64,000 nt of DNA from an uncultured Bacteroidales bacterium (GTDB lineage Bacteria > Bacteroidota > Bacteroidia > Bacteroidales > CAZJDA01): assembly GCA_964544705.1 (NCBI GenBank), contig CAZJDA010000004.1, positions 8,495 to 72,494 of the forward strand, written 5' to 3'. How positions within the stretch are numbered: position 1 is the stretch's first letter; each line of letters begins with the position of its first letter. Made by a program: the position numbers and the translations under genes. Under the pieces are notes generated by a model. The model saw only the letters and a program-made list of their open reading frames with translations. It made no database searches and had not been told where the DNA came from. Positions 37,469-46,594 of the stretch are shown here, one piece after another.

Positions 37469-38650
37469 ATGAAACAAATTTTTTTAGCGATTACGGTTGT
37501 GGCAATTTTTTTTGCTAGTTGTAGCAATAAAAACGAACCGAGTGAAGAAGAATTTTTTATCAATATGGATTTAAAGAATTTTAAAAATGAAAAAGTCTAT
37601 CTAAGTGAATTAACTCCAAAAGAAATCAAACCCTTAGATTCTTCTGTTATTGATAAAGAGGGCAAAGTATTGTTCAAACATTCCATTCATTCTCCTGGGT
37701 TTTATGTTATTAAAGTGGGCGAAGACAAGGAAAATAGAAATGTGATCACCCTTTTAGCTAAAGAAGGAGAGAATATACAGGTAGAGGGCGATGTACAGGA
37801 TTTTTATGAAACATATGAGGTAGAAGGTTCTGAAGGTTCTGAAAAGATCATTGTTCTGGAAAAGCAAAAGAATCAACTATATGACAGGGTGGATTCTCTA
37901 CGTGCTATTTTCCAGCAAAAGAAAGGTGAACCCGGTTTTCTTCAAATTAAGAAGAAACTGGATTCCATTTATTATTCAATTATTGATAAACGCAAAGCTT
38001 TTTTAAAAGATTTTATCAAAGATAATGCAAATTCTATGGTAAGTATTTTGGCTTTGTATGATAAATTTGGCAGACAGCAAGTTTTTCAAGTACAAGAGGA
38101 ATTGGAATTATATAAAAAAGTTTCTGATTCTCTCATATCAAAATACCCCGAATCTGGTCATGCGCAATCACTAAAAGAATTGGTTGCCGGTATTGAAAGA
38201 GAGAATGCTAAAAAGAAAATGGCAGAAGAACGTTTACAAATTGGCAAGGTTGCCCCTAATATACAACTTCCAAATCCGCAGGGAGACACAATAGCGCTTT
38301 CTTCATTAAGAGGAAATGTTGTTTTGATAGATTTTTGGGCAGGTTGGTGTGCTCCTTGCCGTAAAGAGAACCCTAAACTTAGACAGGTTTACAATAAATA
38401 TAAAAATAAGGGTTTTGAAATTTATGCTGTTTCTTTGGATAAAACTAAAGATATGTGGGTTAATGCTATAAAGCAAGACAGGTTAAATTGGATTCAAGTG
38501 AGCGACCTTAAGTTTTGGAATTCTCCTGTTGCAAAATTGTATAATATTCAATCCATACCAAATAATATACTAATTGACGAAGAAGGGAAGATTATTGCTA
38601 AACAACTAAAAAGTGCGGCGCTGGATAAAAAGCTTAAAGAAGTACTATAA
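37469..38650 (+). CDS. TlpA-like thiol:disulfide oxidoreductase lipoprotein (thioredoxin fold)
   Basis: 393 aa with a lipobox (FFASC). The C-terminal thioredoxin domain has the WAGWCAPCRKENP CxxC motif and a conserved cis-Pro region (IQSIPNNILID). Confidence 0.8.
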   Translation: MKQIFLAITVVAIFFASCSNKNEPSEEEFFINMDLKNFKNEKVYLSELTPKEIKPLDSSVIDKEGKVLFKHSIHSPGFYVIKVGEDKENRNVITLLAKEGENIQVEGDVQDFYETYEVEGSEGSEKIIVLEKQKNQLYDRVDSLRAIFQQKKGEPGFLQIKKKLDSIYYSIIDKRKAFLKDFIKDNANSMVSILALYDKFGRQQVFQVQEELELYKKVSDSLISKYPESGHAQSLKELVAGIERENAKKKMAEERLQIGKVAPNIQLPNPQGDTIALSSLRGNVVLIDFWAGWCAPCRKENPKLRQVYNKYKNKGFEIYAVSLDKTKDMWVNAIKQDRLNWIQVSDLKFWNSPVAKLYNIQSIPNNILIDEEGKIIAKQLKSAALDKKLKEVL

Positions 38651-38657
38651 AACTATT

Positions 38658-41600
38658 ATGAAAAGATTTTTAATTCTTATTTTCCTGGGGATAAATGCTT
38701 TTTCCTTTTCCCAGGAAAATAAGTATTTTCAACAAAAAGTTGATTATACCATAAATGTTCAACTTCATGATAGTGCTGGAGTACTTGATGCATTCGAGTC
38801 TATCAATTACACCAATAATGCACCAGATGCACTGGACACCTTATATTTTCACTTGTGGCCCAATGCCTATTCAGGGCAAAATACCGCGCTTTTTGAACAA
38901 TTTAGAACAAAAGGGCCTTATTGGAAATATTATATAGATGATAAAAACCTGGGAAACATCTCATCCTTGAATTTTAAAGTTCAAGGCAAAAAAATACAAT
39001 GGTATCTTCATCCTGTACATACTGATATTTGCATGTTAGTCCTTGACGAACCTGTAAAACCGGGGCAAACCATAACCATTACCACACCATTTAAGGTAAA
39101 AATCCCTATCAACTATATTTCTAGGTTGGGACAACGCTGGGAAACTTTTCAAATAACCCAATGGTATCCCAAACCCGCTGTATACGATCATCAAGGGTGG
39201 CATTATTTTCCTTACCTCGATAAAGGCGAATTCTATTCTGAATTTGGTTCATATGATGTTTATATTACCTTGCCTGGGAACTATACGGTTGGCGCCACAG
39301 GAGACCTTGTAAACGGCAAAAAGGAACTGGAAAGGTTAGATTCCCTGGTGCAAACCACAGAGAATACGAAAGAATTTCCCGAATATACCCCTACTCCGCC
39401 TCCTTCATCAAAAACATTAAAAACCCTACATTTTCACCAGGATAGCGTAAATGATTTTGCTTGGTTTGCCGATAAAAAGTTCCATGTGTTAAAGGGAGAA
39501 GTAAAACTGCCCCACACAGGCAGAACCGTTAAGCTGTGGGTTATGTTTACCAATTACAATGCTGAACTATGGAAAAGGAGCATTGAATACTTACATGATG
39601 CAGTCTATTATTATTCTTTATGGTTGGGCGACTATCCTTATAACCAAGTTACAGCAATTCAAGCCCCAGGCGCTGCAGGTACTGGAATGGAATATCCCAA
39701 TATTACAATAATTGGAGGAAATTCAACACCGTTTTCTCTTGAAAGTGTTATCATGCATGAAGTAGGGCATAACTGGTTTTATGGAGTACTAGGCAGCAAT
39801 GAAAGAGAACATCCGTGGATGGATGAGGGGTTGAATACTTTTTACGAAAATCGGTATATACAAACCAAGTATCCCAATAAAACCATTGGGAATACTTATG
39901 TGCCCAATTTGTTACAATTTGCTGACCTTGATAAAGTAAAGTACAAACAATTATATTACCTTGCATATAAGTTATATGCCATCGACAATTTTGACCTTCC
40001 CATGAATTTGCATTCAATGGATTATGACAGGGGAAATTACGGAATGATCGTTTATAGCAAGTCTTCTGCATTTTTCAATTATTTAATGAAATCCATGAGA
40101 AAAAAGCAATTTGATTCTGCAATGCAAGAATATTACCAATCATGGAAGTTTAAACACCCATACCCCAAAGATTTTGAAAATGCTTTTAAAAAGAATGCCG
40201 GAAATGATGCTAATTGGTTCTTCAAAGAAATACTTTCTACAAATGATAAAATTGATTATAAAATTGCTGGGTTAAAAAGAACAGAAAACAATTATGAATT
40301 GAAAGTTAAAAATCGTGGTAGGATCGCTTCACCGATTAGCATTCATAAAATTAAGGACGATTCAATAATAAGCGGTGAGTGGATTAATGGTTTTGAGGGT
40401 TCAAAAATTGTAAATATAGAAGGAAGCAACTTTGATAAGTTTGTAATTGATGCCCATCGTGATATTCCGGAAATAAACCGCCAAAACAATACAATAAGAA
40501 GAACAGGGCTTTTAAGAAAAGTAGAACCTTTGAGATTTCATCCTTTATGGGCTGTAAAAGATCCCGCTTATACTCAATTGTATGGAATTCCAGCAATAGG
40601 ATGGAATTATCATGATCAATTCATGGCTGGAGTGGCATTATACAGTAATCCATTGCCAAAAGAACGATTTGACTATCTTGTAATGCCCATGTATTCATTT
40701 GGAAGGCATGAGCTGGTAGGAAACGTATATTTTGGGCAGAAATTTTTCCCAACAATTGCCAACATTCAATTTATTGAGCCGAGAATATCATTAAAACAAT
40801 ATGGTTATATTGATGATAATAGGTATTACAAGTTTACCCCGGAATTCAAAATGCAATTTCTTCCTATTAAAAGAGTGCCCCTTGTTACGCATTCCTTAAA
40901 AATTAGGAATGTGAATATTAATAAGGAAGAGAACCGTTATGATATGCTAGCTGAAACATACAGGCAAATTGAAAACAGCTATTCCATTAATTCATTAACA
41001 TATCAATTGGATAACCAACGGGCTATCAATCCGTTTTCCCTTGGTTTGCGTTTTGAACAAAACAAGCAGTTTGGAAAGGCATCAGTGGAGTTTACCCAGG
41101 AATTCAATTATAAAAGAAATGGTAAATACATAACATCAAGATTATTTTTCGGAAGCTTTATTTTCAAAGATAGGCTTGAAGAAATGGATAACGATTACCG
41201 TTTTCGCTTAAGCGGTTGGAGCGGTAGGAATGATTATCTTTTTGATGAATATTTTTTGGGACGAAATGCACCGGATGATAACTTTTCGCATTACCAAATG
41301 GCGGTAAGAGATGGTGGATTTAAAGTCCAAACGGGTTTGGGGCAAACATGGGATTGGCTAGGAGCCATGAATATTGATATTCCTTTTCCGGGCAAAATAC
41401 CTGTTGGGATTTTTGCAGATATTGGGTGTTTTGTAAACAAAGAAAGTGAACACTTATATACAAACCCAACATTCATGTATGATGCCGGGGCTAAGTTAGA
41501 GCTTATCCCGGGTATTTTTGAAGTATGGTTCCCTGCACTCATGTCCGAGGATTTAAAAGAGACCAGTGATTTTATTACAGATAAATATGTTGAGAAAATT

Positions 41601-41663
41601 AGATTTAGTTTATATTTGAACAAACTTAACCCTTTAGAAGAATTGGAAAAGTCAATGCGATGA
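38658..41663 (+). CDS. M1-family (gluzincin) metallopeptidase with a long C-terminal extension
   Basis: The start is moved to MKRFLILIFLGINAFSFSQ (signal peptide, ATG 38658). HEVGHNWFYG plus WMDEG gives an exact HExxH-x18-E zinc site. Confidence 0.75.
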   Translation: MKRFLILIFLGINAFSFSQENKYFQQKVDYTINVQLHDSAGVLDAFESINYTNNAPDALDTLYFHLWPNAYSGQNTALFEQFRTKGPYWKYYIDDKNLGNISSLNFKVQGKKIQWYLHPVHTDICMLVLDEPVKPGQTITITTPFKVKIPINYISRLGQRWETFQITQWYPKPAVYDHQGWHYFPYLDKGEFYSEFGSYDVYITLPGNYTVGATGDLVNGKKELERLDSLVQTTENTKEFPEYTPTPPPSSKTLKTLHFHQDSVNDFAWFADKKFHVLKGEVKLPHTGRTVKLWVMFTNYNAELWKRSIEYLHDAVYYYSLWLGDYPYNQVTAIQAPGAAGTGMEYPNITIIGGNSTPFSLESVIMHEVGHNWFYGVLGSNEREHPWMDEGLNTFYENRYIQTKYPNKTIGNTYVPNLLQFADLDKVKYKQLYYLAYKLYAIDNFDLPMNLHSMDYDRGNYGMIVYSKSSAFFNYLMKSMRKKQFDSAMQEYYQSWKFKHPYPKDFENAFKKNAGNDANWFFKEILSTNDKIDYKIAGLKRTENNYELKVKNRGRIASPISIHKIKDDSIISGEWINGFEGSKIVNIEGSNFDKFVIDAHRDIPEINRQNNTIRRTGLLRKVEPLRFHPLWAVKDPAYTQLYGIPAIGWNYHDQFMAGVALYSNPLPKERFDYLVMPMYSFGRHELVGNVYFGQKFFPTIANIQFIEPRISLKQYGYIDDNRYYKFTPEFKMQFLPIKRVPLVTHSLKIRNVNINKEENRYDMLAETYRQIENSYSINSLTYQLDNQRAINPFSLGLRFEQNKQFGKASVEFTQEFNYKRNGKYITSRLFFGSFIFKDRLEEMDNDYRFRLSGWSGRNDYLFDEYFLGRNAPDDNFSHYQMAVRDGGFKVQTGLGQTWDWLGAMNIDIPFPGKIPVGIFADIGCFVNKESEHLYTNPTFMYDAGAKLELIPGIFEVWFPALMSEDLKETSDFITDKYVEKIRFSLYLNKLNPLEELEKSMR

Positions 41664-42442
41664 ATCTATTACAACCAGGGAAAAAAATATATTTTGCATC
41701 AGATTGCCATTTTGGTGTTCCTGATTATGAAAGTTCATTAAAGCGTGAAAAACTTTTTGTGCAATGGTTAGATGAAATCAAGCAAGATGCAGCAGAAATA
41801 TATTTATTAGGCGATATTTTTGATTTTTGGTTTGAGTATAAAACCGTTGTTCCCCGGGGATATGCCAGGTTGCTGGGAAAACTTGCTGAAATTAGTGATT
41901 CTGGCATTCCCATATATTATTTTAAAGGGAATCATGATATGTGGATGTTCAATTATTTTGAAGAAGAATTGAATATAACCATGCATCGAGAACCTGTAAT
42001 TAAAGAAATAAACGGCAAACGTTTCTACTTAGCTCATGGCGATGGCCTTGGCCCGGGAGACCATGGATACAAATTCATTAAGAAAGTTTTTTCAAATAAA
42101 ATTTGCCAATGGTTGTTTGCCCGCTTGCATCCTAATTTTAGTATAGGGTTAGCACTATATTTTTCAAGGAAAAGTCGTAATTCCAGGGGCAGCGAAGATA
42201 ATTATTTCCATGGAGAAGAAAGCCTGAAAGAACGGTTGATCGTATATGCAAAAGAAATTAGCGAAAAACAAAAAATTGATTATTTTATTTTTGGACATAG
42301 GCATTTTCCTTTAAGCGTGAAGCTAAATGAAAAGTCAATGTATTATAATATTGGTGATTGGATCACTCATTTCTCTTATTTGGTATTTGATGGGGATAAA
42401 GTTGAGGTGAAAACCTACAAATCAAATTTCAACGAAGTTTAA
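41660..42442 (+). CDS. lpxH: UDP-2,3-diacylglucosamine diphosphatase
   Basis: 260 aa calcineurin-like phosphoesterase. Motifs: YFASDCHFG, LLGDIFDFWFEY, KGNHD, AHGDG, GHRH. There is a 4-nt ATGA overlap with the peptidase gene. Confidence 0.8.
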   Translation: MNLLQPGKKIYFASDCHFGVPDYESSLKREKLFVQWLDEIKQDAAEIYLLGDIFDFWFEYKTVVPRGYARLLGKLAEISDSGIPIYYFKGNHDMWMFNYFEEELNITMHREPVIKEINGKRFYLAHGDGLGPGDHGYKFIKKVFSNKICQWLFARLHPNFSIGLALYFSRKSRNSRGSEDNYFHGEESLKERLIVYAKEISEKQKIDYFIFGHRHFPLSVKLNEKSMYYNIGDWITHFSYLVFDGDKVEVKTYKSNFNEV

Positions 42443-42574
42443 TGGGTGAATGTCAATATACAGTTTTAGTTACTACAGCTATTATAATTAAAATAGCCTT
42501 GTATATTGTTCCAAGTAGCTTTAATTATAATGCGAAAAAAAGAAGATATACGATTAGTTTGTTTAAATTATTTA

Positions 42575-42582
42575 TAATTTTG
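42575..42582 (+). promoter_or_regulatory. Candidate -7 promoter box (TAnnTTTG) ahead of the glycan locus
   Basis: TAATTTTG, 77 nt upstream of the gmd ATG and inside the dubious 68-aa ORF 42442-42648. Confidence 0.35.
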
Positions 42583-42658
42583 CCCCGCAATTATGGATTT
42601 TTGTACTTGGTTCACTATGAATATGTGACTGAGGAAGCGGAGCTGTAAAAAATAGGCA

Positions 42659-43774
42659 ATGAAAAAAAAAGCACTTATTACAGGAATTACTGGCCAGGAT
42701 GGAGCTTACCTTGCAGAATATCTGCTGGGTAAAGGATATATTGTTCATGGAATAAAAAGGAGGGCGTCTTTATTCAATACCGACCGTATTGATCATATCT
42801 ATGAAGACCCTCATACGGATAATCAAAGGTTTATTTTGCATTATGGTGATTTAACGGATAGTACAAATATTATCAGGCTTATTCAAGAAATACAACCTGA
42901 TGAATTATATAACCTTGCTGCACAGAGCCACGTAAAAGTTTCTTTTGAAACTCCTGAATATACAGCCAATTCAGACGCACTTGGGGTTTTGCGCCTTCTA
43001 GAAGCAATCCGTTTATTAGGGCTTACGCAAAAAACCAAGTTTTACCAAGCCTCTACCTCCGAGCTTTATGGTTTGATACAAGAAATGCCACAAACCGAGA
43101 AAACCCCTTTTTACCCACGCAGTCCTTATGGCGTTGCTAAATTATACGGGTATTGGATTACGGTGAATTACCGTGAAGCATACAACATGTTTGCTTGTAA
43201 TGGAATCCTTTTTAACCATGAAAGCCCTATAAGAGGGGAAACGTTTGTAACCCGGAAGATTACTAGGGCTGTTGCAAAAATTGCCTTAGGTTTGCAGGAT
43301 GTAACTTATTTGGGTAATTTAGACGCAAAAAGAGATTGGGGACATGCCAAGGATTATGTAAAAGCAATGTATTTGATGATGCAGCAAGATAAACCGGAAG
43401 ACTATGTTATTGCCACAGGCATTACTACAACTGTAAGAGATTTTATAAAGGCAGCCTTTAAAGAAGCTGGGATTGAAATATCTTTTCATGGTAAAGGTGT
43501 AGACGAAATAGGGATAGTGGAAAAAAACAACAATCCTGAATTTGCCGTTGAAAAAGGACAAACCGTTGTGAAAGTTGATCCAGCCTATTTTAGGCCAACA
43601 GAAGTTGATATACTGGTAGGTGACGCATCAAAAGCCCGTAAAGAACTTGGATGGACCCCGGAATACAATCTTGAAGGATTAATCAAAGACATGGTAAAAG
43701 CAGACCTTCGTTTAGTAAAGAAAGAAAAGTATTTGAATGACGGAGGGTATAGGATTATGAATTATTTTGAGTAA
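42659..43774 (+). CDS. gmd: GDP-mannose 4,6-dehydratase
   Basis: 371 aa. [51 protein letters not shown] and [19 protein letters not shown] are near-invariant Gmd blocks. Confidence 0.95.
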   Translation: MKKKALITGITGQDGAYLAEYLLGKGYIVHGIKRRASLFNTDRIDHIYEDPHTDNQRFILHYGDLTDSTNIIRLIQEIQPDELYNLAAQSHVKVSFETPEYTANSDALGVLRLLEAIRLLGLTQKTKFYQASTSELYGLIQEMPQTEKTPFYPRSPYGVAKLYGYWITVNYREAYNMFACNGILFNHESPIRGETFVTRKITRAVAKIALGLQDVTYLGNLDAKRDWGHAKDYVKAMYLMMQQDKPEDYVIATGITTTVRDFIKAAFKEAGIEISFHGKGVDEIGIVEKNNNPEFAVEKGQTVVKVDPAYFRPTEVDILVGDASKARKELGWTPEYNLEGLIKDMVKADLRLVKKEKYLNDGGYRIMNYFE

Positions 43775-43780
43775 TTATGA

Positions 43781-43805
43781 GTTAATTGGTTGATTGGTTA
43801 ATTCG
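43781..43805. repeat. Left arm of the imperfect inverted repeat flanking the four-helix-bundle gene
   Basis: GTTAATTGGTTGATTGGTTAATTCG. The first 13 nt are the exact reverse complement of 44248-44260, and pairing continues with one indel per arm to about 25 nt. Confidence 0.6.
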
Positions 43806-43815
43806 TTAAATAGTA

Positions 43816-44193
43816 ATGAATACGAAGCATATATTAGAATCTTTAGAAATATATCAAATTGCATTAGACATTTCGAATAAAGCTTGGGAATTTTTTAATG
43901 TTTTACCTAAAAATTTTCAATTCCACATAGGGAACCAATTTTTGGATGCTGCTGATTCAATTGGAGCCAATATTGCTGAAGCTTACGGAAGATACCACTA
44001 TAGAGAATCTATTAATTTTAACAATTATGATAGGGGGTCAGCCTTTGAAACGAAATTTTGGTGCAATAGATTATATAAAAGAAAATTGATTGAAAAGGAT
44101 ATATTTGAAGAAATTAATAATTTGGTAGATTTGGGTATACAAAAAATAAATGGATACAATAATTACTTGCGAAACCGAATGAAAGAAAATTAA
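43816..44193 (+). CDS. Four-helix-bundle protein ('23S rRNA intervening sequence protein' / Avd-like family)
   Basis: 125 aa. LPKNFQFHIGNQFLDAADSIGANIAEAYGRYHYRESINF matches the conserved ..Q..R.A.SI..NIAEG.GR...K....F core of this family. Confidence 0.8.
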   Translation: MNTKHILESLEIYQIALDISNKAWEFFNVLPKNFQFHIGNQFLDAADSIGANIAEAYGRYHYRESINFNNYDRGSAFETKFWCNRLYKRKLIEKDIFEEINNLVDLGIQKINGYNNYLRNRMKEN

Positions 44194-44233
44194 TAGGAGT
44201 ATATCATAAACTTATAGCAATCAGGTTAAAAAT

Positions 44234-44260
44234 TACCAATTAACAATTCAACCAATTAAC
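44234..44260. repeat. Right arm of the inverted repeat flanking the four-helix-bundle gene
   Basis: TACCAATTAACAATTCAACCAATTAAC. It also contains the direct repeat ACCAATTAACAA twice (44235-44246 and 44251-44262). Confidence 0.6.
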
Positions 44261-44269
44261 AAATCAACA

Positions 44270-45373
44270 ATGCAAAAATCCTCCAAAATATACCTCGCCG
44301 GCCACCTTGGCCTTGTTGGCTCCGCTATTCATCGCAAGCTTAATGAAAAGGGGTATACAAACATTGTAACATGCACCATAGAGGAGTTGAATCTTATTGA
44401 CCAAGAAGCTGTTGCAGCTTTTTTTCATCAAGAAAAACCCGAGTATGTTTTTCTTGCTGCAGCCAAAGTTGGTGGTATCATTGCCAATAATACCTATCGT
44501 GGAGAGTTTATTTTTGATAATCTTCAAATCCAGAACAACGTAATTCATCATAGTTATTTAAATGGAGTAAAGAAATTATTATTTTTAGGTAGTTCATGTA
44601 TTTACCCTAAGGATGCCCCTCAGCCCATGAAAGAAGAATACTTGTTGACAGGGCCACTTGAATATACCAATGAACCTTATGCTATTGCAAAAATTGCCGG
44701 TATTAAGATGTGTGAATCTTACAATTTGCAATATGGAACGAATTTCATACCTGTAATGCCTACCAATCTTTATGGCCCTAATGATAATTATGACCTGGAA
44801 AAGTCGCATGTATTGCCTGCGCTGATAAGGAAAATGTTGCTTGGCAAAGCGATTATGGAAGCTGATTGGGATTTTATTAACAATGATATTGATAATAAAC
44901 CGGTTGGAGGGGTTAATTCGGAGAATAGCAGAAACGAGATATTAGGGAAATTATTAACTTACGGAATAGTTCCCTCTGGGGGCAATAGAAATGTTACCAT
45001 ACATTTATGGGGCACAGGCAGTCCCAGGAGAGAGTTCCTGCATTCGGATGACCTGGCTGATGCTTGTGAATTCCTTATGGAAAATAGAGACTTTACAGAT
45101 ACTTACCAAGATGGCGAATATCAAATACGAAATACGCATATCAATATTGGAACAGGGAAAGATATTTCAATAAATGAATTGGCTTTACTTGTAAAAGACT
45201 TGGTTGGATTTAAAGGAAACATTGAATGGGATACTACGAAACCAGATGGTACTGCAAGAAAATTAATGGATGTTTCCAAATTGAATAATTTAGGTTGGAA
45301 AGAGAACATTGGATTAAAAGAAGGAATCAAAAAAGTTTTAGATAATTATATAAATAATTCAAGAAAGAAATAA
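44270..45373 (+). CDS. fcl: GDP-L-fucose synthase (GDP-4-keto-6-deoxy-D-mannose 3,5-epimerase/4-reductase)
   Basis: 367 aa. [51 protein letters not shown] and HVLPALIRK are Fcl/WcaG blocks. It lies next to gmd. Confidence 0.9.
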   Translation: MQKSSKIYLAGHLGLVGSAIHRKLNEKGYTNIVTCTIEELNLIDQEAVAAFFHQEKPEYVFLAAAKVGGIIANNTYRGEFIFDNLQIQNNVIHHSYLNGVKKLLFLGSSCIYPKDAPQPMKEEYLLTGPLEYTNEPYAIAKIAGIKMCESYNLQYGTNFIPVMPTNLYGPNDNYDLEKSHVLPALIRKMLLGKAIMEADWDFINNDIDNKPVGGVNSENSRNEILGKLLTYGIVPSGGNRNVTIHLWGTGSPRREFLHSDDLADACEFLMENRDFTDTYQDGEYQIRNTHINIGTGKDISINELALLVKDLVGFKGNIEWDTTKPDGTARKLMDVSKLNNLGWKENIGLKEGIKKVLDNYINNSRKK

Positions 45374-45526
45374 TATTTTTTTGTTAATAAGAATAAACGA
45401 ATATTTTGCAAATTACTTTTGGAATAGAAATAATAATGGAGTTCATGATAATATATGCCCACAGAAACGAAGCTGCATCTTTTTATTAACCAAGTAACAA
45501 TTCAACATAAGCAACAGTAAATATTG

Positions 45527-45534
45527 TAAATTTG
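45527..45534 (+). promoter_or_regulatory. -7 promoter box (TAnnTTTG) upstream of the MntA/HepT pair
   Basis: TAAATTTG, 20 nt upstream of the ATG at 45554. Confidence 0.4.
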
Positions 45535-45553
45535 CGCCTTAGCAATTATTGTC

Positions 45554-45982
45554 ATGAAAGTGAGTAAAAACCAAATAAAAGAGCTTGTAGCTCAAGTACT
45601 AAGCAATTATAGCCATGTGGCAGGAGCATATCTTTATGGTTCATACGCAAAGAATACCATGACACCTTTAAGCGATATTGATATTGCTGTTCTTTTAGAT
45701 GAGGATTATAAACCGGGAACTGCTAATAAACTAAATTTTGAATTATCCCTTGAATCTAAGATGATTCAACAATTACCTGGATACAGTATAGAGGTCAGAA
45801 TTTTAAATGAAGCCCCGATTTTGATTCAGGGACAGGTAATTGTAGAAGGTATCTTAATTTATGAAAAGGAAAAGAAAAGAATGCTGGATTTTGAGGAGAA
45901 AGTCATCATACGTTACTTAGATTTCAAAATTGATTACGATAAACTGCTAAATATTAGATATAAACAGGAAATCAATGGTTGA
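45554..45982 (+). CDS. mntA: Minimal nucleotidyltransferase (MNT) antitoxin of a type VII HepT/MntA toxin-antitoxin pair
   Basis: 142 aa. LYGSYAKNTMTPLSDIDIAVLL is the G-S-x(n)-D-x-D polymerase-beta-type NTase motif. There is an 8-nt overlap with the downstream HEPN gene. Confidence 0.8.
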   Translation: MKVSKNQIKELVAQVLSNYSHVAGAYLYGSYAKNTMTPLSDIDIAVLLDEDYKPGTANKLNFELSLESKMIQQLPGYSIEVRILNEAPILIQGQVIVEGILIYEKEKKRMLDFEEKVIIRYLDFKIDYDKLLNIRYKQEING

Positions 45983-46397
45983 TAAAAACAAACTTACCCT
46001 TTTATTTTCTGAATTGGATAAATACCTCGAAGAGCTTAACACTATTAAGAAGTTATCTAAAAAGGAATTCCTGGATGATTCAAGAAATATTTACAGCCTG
46101 AGATATTTGTTCCAGGTTTCCATTGAAACGTGTATTAATATTGGAACACATATAGTTTCCAGTCAGCGTTTAGGTTTGCCAAAGGAGTATGCTGAAGTTT
46201 TCAGAATTTTAAAAGGCAATAATATAATTTCAGAGACAGTTGAACAGAGACTTATTTTAATGGTCCGTTTCAGAAACCGTTTGGTGCATCTATACTGGGA
46301 TATTGATGATAAAATGATTTTTGAATATCTCCAGGAACATTTGAATGACTTTTATAGCTTTAGAAAAGAGATAACAGGGTATCTTAAACAAAATTGA
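45975..46397 (+). CDS. hepT: HEPN-domain (DUF86) toxin HepT
   Basis: 140 aa. RNRLVHLY is an exact R-x4-H-x-Y HEPN RNase motif, and the gene is translationally coupled to the MNT gene. Confidence 0.8.
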   Translation: MVDKNKLTLLFSELDKYLEELNTIKKLSKKEFLDDSRNIYSLRYLFQVSIETCINIGTHIVSSQRLGLPKEYAEVFRILKGNNIISETVEQRLILMVRFRNRLVHLYWDIDDKMIFEYLQEHLNDFYSFRKEITGYLKQN

Positions 46398-46594
46398 AAT
46401 AAGGACTTGATGAAAAGCCAAATTAAATAGTGCCATTTTTGCGAGCACAATCAAAAAAGCTATTTGAAATGTCGCAGGTGAAGCAATATATCGAAAGTTA
46501 GGGGAAAGATATATATATCCATAAAAAGCTTTATATCTTACTGTTAGCATAAGATAAAAATATAATTCGTAAACTCACGCTAAGAAAACCAATT

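Noticed and set aside
42442-42648. 68-aa ORF between lpxH and gmd
   Set aside because: It has no recognisable motif and odd composition, and the interval contains a candidate TAnnTTTG promoter box for the glycan locus. It is more likely a non-coding leader or promoter region.
43816-44193. A diversity-generating retroelement, because the four-helix-bundle protein is Avd-like
   Set aside because: There is no reverse transcriptase gene and no template/variable repeat pair with adenine-specific differences anywhere nearby.
46290-46550. 86-aa minus-strand ORF overlapping the 3' end of hepT and the following spacer
   Set aside because: It overlaps a well-supported HEPN gene in antisense and has no motif. 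The sequence is hydrophobic and low-complexity.
43781-46594. The idea that the small cassettes (four-helix-bundle gene, TA pair) form an integron-like array with attC sites
   Set aside because: No integrase gene is in the window, and the flanking repeats do not show the R''-L''/L'-R' (GTTRRRY) attC organisation that I can recognise. It is kept only as the more modest junction-repeat observation.
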